The notes under the pieces were generated by a model that was not told the origin of the DNA, ran no database searches, and was given only the letters and a program-made list of their open reading frames with translations. From positions 360,001 through 392,000 of the forward strand of contig NC_007517.1 in NCBI RefSeq assembly GCF_000012925.1: a DNA stretch of 32,000 nt. Direction: 5' to 3'. Each line of letters starts with the position of its first letter. The first letter of the stretch is position 1. The stretch is from Geobacter metallireducens GS-15 (GTDB lineage Bacteria > Desulfobacterota > Desulfuromonadia > Geobacterales > Geobacteraceae). The translations under genes and the position numbers were made by a program. Of this stretch, positions 1 to 5,417 are shown in pieces.

Positions 1-1272
1 AAAAAGATCGCAGGAGGCTGCCGTTGTCGTATTCCGATGTTATCGCAATTGCGGGAGGGTGGGAAGGATATCGTGTTGCTGGGGCACGCACTATCGTCAC
101 AAGTGATGCCAAACGGATCGAGGTAGAACTGATTGCCCTGTCCCAGGATGAGATGGTGTGTGGCTCGTGCGGTGGGCGTTGCACAAGCGTCCATGAAACG
201 ACCAAGCGCGTAATTCGAGATTTGCCGATTCTCGATGCTCAGACTTATCTGATCGTTCACCGCCGCAGGCTGCTGTGCCCTCAGTGTGGGCCAACGCTGG
301 AGCGTCTGTCATGGCTGGCGAAATACGCCCGCGTGACGCGCAGGCTTGCAGAGAGCGTAGCGCGACTGTGTGGTGTCGTGTCTGTGAAGCACGTGGCGCA
401 GTATCTGGGGCTTTCTTGGGACCAGGTGAAGGAAATCGACAAGCGCTCACTCACAGAGCGGGTCGGCACCGTCGACCTCTCAAACATCGAAGTTCTCGGG
501 ATGGATGAGTTCGCCCTTCACAAGGGGCACCGCTATGCGACGGTTATCATCGAGCCATACCGTAAGGAAGTCTTATGGATCGGCAAAGGCAGGAGTCGCG
601 AGAGTATCCGTCCTTTCTTCACGCAGCTTGGCCCACATGGCTGTAAACGGCTCAAAGCGGTCGTGATGGATATGAACGCATCATATGAGGAGGAAATCAA
701 GCAGCACTCGCCCCAGGCAGACATAGTCTACGACCTGTTCCATGTGGTGGCGAAGTATGGCAGGGAAGTGATCGACAGGGTGCGAGTCGATGAGGCAAAC
801 CGCCTGAAGGAAGACAAGAAGGCACGGAAGGTAGTCAAAACATCGCGGTGGTTGCTGCTACGAAACAGCGAGAACGTCAAGGGCGACGACATGCTTCGCC
901 TCCAGGAACTGTTGGAGGCAAACCGCAGCCTCCTTACGGTCTACCTGCTCAAAGACGATCTGAAGCAACTGTGGAAGTTTACCTGCATTGAAGAGGCGGG
1001 ACTATTCTGGGAGCAGTGGCACCAAAGGGCGATGGAGAGTGGAATACCGCCACTCATCCTGTTTGCCCGCCGGCTAAAGGGCTATCTCCAAGGAATCCTC
1101 AATCACTGCCTCTGGCCCCTTCACACCGGAATCCTCGAAGGCATCAATAACAAGATCAAGGTGATCAAAAGAATGGCCTACGGCTTCCGGGATCACGAAT
1201 ACTTCTTTCTCAAGATCAGGGCCGCTTTCCCCGGAATTCCCGGATGAACCTAAATTTTTTGCTCAACTACCC
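1..1272 (+). mobile_element. ISL3-family insertion sequence, partial (left terminus at or beyond the window edge)
   Basis: A transposase ORF fills 24-1247. Directly after its stop, CCTAAATTTTTTGCTCAACTACCC (1249-1272; reverse complement GGGTAGTTGAGCAAAAAATTTAGG) resembles the GG..T..T....CAAAAAAT-type terminal repeats I recall for ISL3 elements. The left repeat is not in the window, so the boundary is unconfirmed. Confidence 0.5.
24..1247 (+). CDS. ISL3-family DDE transposase (407 aa)
   Basis: TTG start 6 nt after AGGAGG (12-17). N-terminal zinc-finger-like CGSCGG...CPQCG, then a DDE-type core (LGMDEFALHKGHRYATVII, VVMDMNASY, EGINNKIKVIKRMAYGFRD) characteristic of IS204/IS1001/IS1096/IS1165 (ISL3) transposases. 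Confidence 0.9.
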   Translation: MSYSDVIAIAGGWEGYRVAGARTIVTSDAKRIEVELIALSQDEMVCGSCGGRCTSVHETTKRVIRDLPILDAQTYLIVHRRRLLCPQCGPTLERLSWLAKYARVTRRLAESVARLCGVVSVKHVAQYLGLSWDQVKEIDKRSLTERVGTVDLSNIEVLGMDEFALHKGHRYATVIIEPYRKEVLWIGKGRSRESIRPFFTQLGPHGCKRLKAVVMDMNASYEEEIKQHSPQADIVYDLFHVVAKYGREVIDRVRVDEANRLKEDKKARKVVKTSRWLLLRNSENVKGDDMLRLQELLEANRSLLTVYLLKDDLKQLWKFTCIEEAGLFWEQWHQRAMESGIPPLILFARRLKGYLQGILNHCLWPLHTGILEGINNKIKVIKRMAYGFRDHEYFFLKIRAAFPGIPG

Positions 1273-1329
1273 ATTTTGGATATTTTCGGAGTTGCTCAGC
1301 GACAGAGCGATTAACAGCTATTTCAGCAT

Positions 1330-1339
1330 CCCCCCCCCC
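1330..1339. repeat. C10 homopolymer tract (G10 on the minus strand)
   Basis: Read directly: gcatCCCCCCCCCCgcag. It lies in non-coding DNA between the IS end and the nitrate-cluster promoter region. Confidence 0.95.
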
Positions 1340-1542
1340 GCAGCTATGCAATTCCTGTCTGCGCCTGTTGTATCCAGCAGGCGGCCGGATGTCAAACATT
1401 AAGAGTTTGCCATTCAGGCAAGCGTTCCTGCGCCACCATAAACTCTGTGTCGGCACCCGGCAGCTCCCGCTGGCCGTCCCCCTTCTTCCCCCGCGGCCGG
1501 TGTTCCTTCCGGAACCGGGGCACGTAACGTTTCCCACCCATC

Positions 1543-1560
1543 CGTTACCGCAAGGTAACG
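1543..1560. promoter_or_regulatory. Palindrome CGTTACC-GCAA-GGTAACG, candidate upstream activator site
   Basis: Perfect 7-bp arms about 100-115 bp upstream of the sigma54-like -24 element. A further palindrome TTCCGGAA lies at 1507-1514 and a GTAACGT copy at 1523-1529. The position fits enhancer-binding-protein sites, but no known motif is matched. Confidence 0.2.
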
Positions 1561-1617
1561 TCATCCCTGTCCCCCGCTCATCCCTCCCGCAGCGTCTTTC
1601 TTTGATTAGTTTATTAC

Positions 1618-1630
1618 TATCACATGGTTA
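1618..1630 (+). promoter_or_regulatory. IHF-like site (TATCACATGGTTA)
   Basis: Matches WATCAANNNNTTR with one mismatch. It sits in an AT-rich stretch between the palindromes and the -24/-12 element, where IHF sites usually lie in sigma54 promoters. Confidence 0.3.
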
Positions 1631-1656
1631 TGTTTTTTTATTTCGGCCGGAACTTT

Positions 1657-1672
1657 TGGTACGTCACTTGCC
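1657..1672 (+). promoter_or_regulatory. Sigma54-type -24/-12 promoter element TGGTACG-TCAC-TTGCC
   Basis: GG (1658-1659) and GC (1670-1671) are separated by exactly 10 nt. It matches 6/7 of TGGCACG and 4/4 of TTGC. It lies 154 nt upstream of the tetraheme cytochrome ATG and on the correct strand. Confidence 0.5.
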
Positions 1673-1673
1673 A

Positions 1674-1701
1674 TTGTGATGTCAGGTTGTTGGTTCATAA
1701 T
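1674..1701 (+). promoter_or_regulatory. Alternative sigma70-like promoter TTGTGA-N16-CATAAT
   Basis: The -35-like TTGTGA (1674-1679) and -10-like CATAAT (1696-1701) lie immediately downstream of the sigma54-like element. Sequence alone cannot tell which element is used. Confidence 0.35.
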
Positions 1702-1825
1702 GTAAGGGACGGCGGGAGTTTTGACGGAAAGGTGCTTTGGGTAGAACAATATTTTATCTCAGCTGTCGGGGCGAGATCCCGTTGTCCCGAAACATGATGA
1801 GACATCGAAGAAAGGGGAGTATCCC

Positions 1826-2371
1826 ATGGGGAATCACGTCTGGCGGCCGCTCTATATCGCCGTGGCCCTGATCGCACTGGTCCTCGTTGCCAGAACGTTC
1901 CTGGTGCCGAAAGACTTCGGCGTCCACGAGCGAGGGTACATGTACGGCTGGCACCGCAAGGGAAATGAGGCCGAGTGGAAGGCCGTGACCGTGAAGTACC
2001 GGACGGCCGCGTACTGCAAGGAATGCCATGCCGACAAGGCGGAGAGCCTGGCCCGCACCCCCCACGGGATCATCTCCTGCGAGAACTGCCACGGGCCGGC
2101 GCTGAACCATCCCGAGGACCCGCCCACCCTCACCATCGACCGGAGCCGCAAGCTCTGCCTCCGCTGCCATGCAGCCCTCATCACCCCCACCAGCGGCAGG
2201 GCCTCCATCGCCGGCATCAACCCCGAGACCCACAACCCCGAGGCGGAATGCGTCCTGTGCCATGATCCCCACAACCCGGTCACAAGGGAGGCTCATGCAA
2301 AACGTGATGAGGAGGCTGGGATGCTAGGCGCAAGCGAGCGAGGAAGCGAGGCGTACCCGTTGGTACGTTGA
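1826..2371 (+). CDS. Membrane-anchored tetraheme c-type cytochrome (181 aa)
   Basis: ATG 6 nt after GGGGAG. One N-terminal hydrophobic helix (PLYIAVALIALVLVARTFLV) and four CXXCH motifs (CKECH, CENCH, CLRCH, CVLCH). The last ~28 codons run into the inverted-repeat element at 2288-2429, so the native C-terminus is uncertain. Confidence 0.85.
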   Translation: MGNHVWRPLYIAVALIALVLVARTFLVPKDFGVHERGYMYGWHRKGNEAEWKAVTVKYRTAAYCKECHADKAESLARTPHGIISCENCHGPALNHPEDPPTLTIDRSRKLCLRCHAALITPTSGRASIAGINPETHNPEAECVLCHDPHNPVTREAHAKRDEEAGMLGASERGSEAYPLVR

Positions 2372-2429
2372 GTTTTCGAGTGAGCGGCAACAACGCAGAC
2401 CGGCCCCGCAGTAGTTTTGCATGAGCCTC
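2288..2429. repeat. 16-bp perfect inverted repeat (GAGGCTCATGCAAAAC / GTTTTGCATGAGCCTC) bracketing 110 nt
   Basis: Arms at 2288-2303 and 2414-2429, read directly. The right arm abuts the AAGGAG RBS of the next gene. The left arm lies inside the 3' end of the cytochrome ORF. Confidence 0.8.
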
Positions 2430-2443
2430 AAGGAGTCAAAGCA

Positions 2444-3226
2444 ATGAACAGGCGAGACTTTCTCAAGAATAGCATCACGGTCATCGCGGGGCTGGCGGTG
2501 CCCCTCTCGGCCCTGGAACTCATCAGCCCGAGGAAGCTCCTGGCTCAAAAGGGAGACGAATCGCCGGTCCGGTGGGCCTTTCTGGTGGACACCCAGGCCT
2601 GCGTCGGGTGCGGCTTCTGCGTCAAGGCGTGCAAGACGGAGAACGAGATCCCCCACGAGACCAACATCACCCGCACCTGGGTGGAACGGTACGTGGTGAC
2701 CCGGAAGGGGAAGACCTACGTGGATTCTCCCCGGGGAGCCCGGGACGGCTTCACCACGGACCGGATCGATCAGGGCGAGGAAGGGTATCGCGAGGTCAAG
2801 GCGAAGGATGTCGAGAAGGCGTTCTTCGTCCCCAAGCTCTGCAACCAGTGCGATAACCCCGCCTGCGTCCAGGTCTGCCCCGTGGGAGCCACCTACCAGA
2901 CCCCCGACGGCGTGGTGCTGGTGGACCGGAAGCACTGCATCGGCTGCGCCTACTGCATCATGGCGTGCCCCTACGGGGTCCGCTCCTTCAATCCGGCCTA
3001 CAAGACGGCGGAGAAGTGCACCTTCTGCTATCACCGGATCAGTAAGGGGATGAAGACGGCCTGCGTGGACGCCTGCCCCTTCGGTGCCCGGAAGATCGGC
3101 AACCTGCGGGATCCCGACGATCCCGTGACGAAGACCATCATGTCGGGACGGGTCGGCGTCCTGAAGGAGCAGTACGGCACCAAGCCGCAGGTCTACTATC
3201 TCGCTCTTTCCCGGGAGGTGAAATAG
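2444..3226 (+). CDS. Tat-exported 4x[4Fe-4S] ferredoxin-type subunit (NrfC/PsrB/DmsB-like, 260 aa)
   Basis: AAGGAG lies 8 nt upstream of ATG 2444 (the ORF opens at TTG 2417). Twin-arginine signal MNRRDFLK. Four Cys clusters: CVGCGFCVKAC, CNQCDNPACVQVCP, CIGCAYCIMACP, CTFC..CVDACP. Confidence 0.9.
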   Translation: MNRRDFLKNSITVIAGLAVPLSALELISPRKLLAQKGDESPVRWAFLVDTQACVGCGFCVKACKTENEIPHETNITRTWVERYVVTRKGKTYVDSPRGARDGFTTDRIDQGEEGYREVKAKDVEKAFFVPKLCNQCDNPACVQVCPVGATYQTPDGVVLVDRKHCIGCAYCIMACPYGVRSFNPAYKTAEKCTFCYHRISKGMKTACVDACPFGARKIGNLRDPDDPVTKTIMSGRVGVLKEQYGTKPQVYYLALSREVK

Positions 3227-3228
3227 CC

Positions 3229-4482
3229 ATGGTACACGGTGAAGCATGGACGCTGAAAGAGTTGTTCGTCTACCCCAACGAGTACATCTACTGGACCATC
3301 CAGATCGTCATGTACCCGTTCATGACCGGCCTCGTGGCCGGCGCCTTTGTCCTTTCCTCCCTCTATCACGTCTTCGGGATCAAGCAGCTGAAGGATATCG
3401 CGCGGTTTTCACTGGTCTTCTCCTTCGCCCTCCTCCCCGTGGCGATGATCCCGCTCCAACTCCATCTCCAGCACCCGGAACGGGGGATCGAGGTGATGCT
3501 GACACCCCACTTCACCTCGGCCATTGCCGCCTTCGGCATCGCCTTCTCCACCTACGGCATGATCGTCGCCTCGGAGCTTTGGTTCGTCTACCGGCGGCAC
3601 TTCGTGGAGACGGCCCTGGCGCTTAGGGAAAAGCGGGACAAAACCATCCCCGAGCGGGGACGGCAGCTCCTCTTTTCGGCCCTCACCCTCGGTGCCTGGG
3701 ACATCAGCGAGCAGGCTCTGGCAAAGGATGAACGGGCCGTGAAGATCATGGCGACTGCCGGGATTCCGGTGGCCTGCCTCCTCCACGGCTATGCCGGATT
3801 TATTTTCGGCTCCGTGAAGGCCAATGCCCTCTGGACGACCCCCCTCATGCCCTTCATCTTCATCTGCTCCGCCGTGGTGTCGGGGATCGCCCTCTGCGTC
3901 CTCAGCTACATCGTGACCATGGAGGTCCGCAAGCTCATGGTCGCCTGGAGGAGGAAGAGCGACCCGAGCCTCCCCACTCCGGACGAGATCAGGACCGTGG
4001 AGATGTACGAGGTCACCATGACCGCAAAATACCTGGTCCTGGCCCTCCTGGCGGCCCTGGGGCTGGAGCTTCTGGACCTCCTCTTTCGGGACTACGCCAA
4101 GTTCAGCTCGTGGGAGATCGTGCGGAGCCTCATCTACGGCAAGGATTTCGTCAATGTCTTCGTGATCCAGTACGGGATCGGCAACCTGGTCCCCCTGGCC
4201 CTCTTCCTCCTGCCGCGGCTCACGGTGCGACGGGCGGTCGTGGCCACGCTCCTGGTCCTCATGGGGGTCTTCATGATGCGGTGGAACCTGGTCATCGGCG
4301 GCCAGGCCTTCTCGGCCTCCTTTTCCGGCTACATGCACTACGAGCTTCCGATCATCCCCCACGACATCGAGACCTTCAAGGAGGGGCTCCTGGGTGCCCT
4401 GCTGGTGGGGGTGCTGCCGTTCATCTTTTTCTGGGGGCTGAACAAGATTTTCCCGGTTTTCAAGTGCGAGGATACCCACTGA
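3229..4482 (+). CDS. NrfD/PsrC-like polytopic quinone-interacting membrane subunit (417 aa)
   Basis: Starts 2 nt after the upstream stop. Strongly hydrophobic multi-helix protein without CXXCH motifs. Its position after an NrfC-like subunit is the standard NrfCD/PsrBC/Cbc arrangement. Confidence 0.8.
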   Translation: MVHGEAWTLKELFVYPNEYIYWTIQIVMYPFMTGLVAGAFVLSSLYHVFGIKQLKDIARFSLVFSFALLPVAMIPLQLHLQHPERGIEVMLTPHFTSAIAAFGIAFSTYGMIVASELWFVYRRHFVETALALREKRDKTIPERGRQLLFSALTLGAWDISEQALAKDERAVKIMATAGIPVACLLHGYAGFIFGSVKANALWTTPLMPFIFICSAVVSGIALCVLSYIVTMEVRKLMVAWRRKSDPSLPTPDEIRTVEMYEVTMTAKYLVLALLAALGLELLDLLFRDYAKFSSWEIVRSLIYGKDFVNVFVIQYGIGNLVPLALFLLPRLTVRRAVVATLLVLMGVFMMRWNLVIGGQAFSASFSGYMHYELPIIPHDIETFKEGLLGALLVGVLPFIFFWGLNKIFPVFKCEDTH

Positions 4483-4510
4483 GAAAAAGTTTGGCGCCAA
4501 TTTTGATTAC

Positions 4511-4524
4511 TTGACTAAAGTCAA
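4511..4524. promoter_or_regulatory. FNR/CRP-family-type box TTGAC-TAAA-GTCAA
   Basis: Perfect palindrome, extended to CTTGACTAAAGTCAAG (4510-4525), resembling the FNR consensus TTGAT-N4-ATCAA. Its centre (4517.5) is 41.5 bp upstream of a start site predicted 7 nt after the -10-like TATTTT (4546-4551), which is class II activation geometry. Confidence 0.45.
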
Positions 4525-4539
4525 GGCAGCAAGGTTGCA
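4524..4539 (+). promoter_or_regulatory. Weaker sigma54-like element AGGCAGC-AAGG-TTGCA
   Basis: GG (4525-4526) and GC (4537-4538) are separated by 10 nt with a good TTGCA -12 box, but the -24 box matches only 4/7. It overlaps the FNR-like palindrome. Confidence 0.25.
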
Positions 4540-4628
4540 AAACGCTATTTTACGGATAGACTCTACTTAGGCTAATGTGTCGAATTAATTAGATATTGTA
4601 CACTTATCCACGTAACGGGAGGAACGTC

Positions 4629-5417
4629 ATGGCGAGAGGAATTCTCCGAGCAGCAGTCAGCCGCGTATGTCTGGTTCTGGTGCTGTCCCTTGCGGCGCAC
4701 GCATACGGTGATCCGGGCAAGGACCTGTTCGACAAACAGTGTTCAGGCTGCCACACCGTCGGCGGCGGCGATTCGGGGGGACCGGACCTCAAGGGGGTGA
4801 CCGACAGGAGGTCCGAGGAGTGGCTCGAATCGATCATCATTGAGCCGGACAAGCTGGCGGCGACCGATCCGGCTCGGAAGGAGCTGATCAAGAAATACGG
4901 CTACGAGATGCCAAAGCTCGGCATCGGCCATGACGACGCCATCAAGATCATCACCTGGCTCAGGGGAGGGGGGGGCGGCGCCCAGACCGGGTCACCGCCG
5001 GCGGACGAACATCCGGAAGTCGTGGTGACGCCGGCGCTGGTTGCCAAGGGGAAAGCGTTTTTCACCGGGCAAAAGCCCCTGGCCAACGGGGGCGCGCCGT
5101 GCATCGCCTGCCACCGGATCTCGACCCCGGGCATTACGGGAGGAAACCTCGCCGTCTCCAACCTGAGCGCCTCCTACCAGAAGATGGGGGAGAAGGGGAT
5201 GCGGGGGGCGCTCAAGGCCCTCAAGTTCCCGACCATGAAGAAGATCTACGAAAACCGCCCCCTGACCGATGACGAAGTAACGAGCCTGATCGCCCTGTAC
5301 AAGGATGCCGCCCTCACTAAGAGCACACCATCTGCGTCCTTCTTCCCCGCCTACGGCGCGGGGACTTTCGTCGTGTTCCTCGTCGGCTTGACTCTCTACA
5401 AAAGGAGGACCAGATAA
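4629..5417 (+). CDS. Diheme c-type cytochrome, Sec signal plus C-terminal membrane anchor (262 aa)
   Basis: ATG 4629 lies 6 nt after GGGAGGA (the ORF opens at 4596). Signal peptide ends LAAHAYG. Two class-I-like domains (CSGCH..YEMPK and CIACH..FPTMKK) are joined by a Gly-rich linker. C-terminal helix FVVFLVGLTLY is followed by KRRTR. The stop TAA directly abuts the narG ATG. Confidence 0.85.
   Translation: MARGILRAAVSRVCLVLVLSLAAHAYGDPGKDLFDKQCSGCHTVGGGDSGGPDLKGVTDRRSEEWLESIIIEPDKLAATDPARKELIKKYGYEMPKLGIGHDDAIKIITWLRGGGGGAQTGSPPADEHPEVVVTPALVAKGKAFFTGQKPLANGGAPCIACHRISTPGITGGNLAVSNLSASYQKMGEKGMRGALKALKFPTMKKIYENRPLTDDEVTSLIALYKDAALTKSTPSASFFPAYGAGTFVVFLVGLTLYKRRTR

Noticed and set aside
1250-1679. 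ORFs 1250..1564 (-) and 1368..1679 (+), plus a 49-codon basic ORF at 1392..1541 (-)
   Set aside because: They have no SD, a low-complexity G/R/P composition, run across the IS boundary or the C10 tract, and match no family. I treat the region as non-coding or a remnant.
2324-4500. Minus-strand ORFs 2324..3247 and 3409..4500, and plus-strand out-of-frame ORFs (2572..2856, 2808..3053, 3246..3626, 4110..4514)
   Set aside because: They overlap the NrfC-like and NrfD-like genes, are Arg/Pro/Gly-rich and show no recognisable domains.
1521-4617. Shared 9-mers (CACGTAACG at 1521 and 4609; TTGGTACGT at 1656 and 2360) as possible common regulatory motifs
   Set aside because: By my estimate, thousands of repeated 9-mer pairs are expected by chance in 32 kb. 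GGTAACGT also occurs inside the csp coding sequence and upstream of ileS. This is not evidence of regulation.
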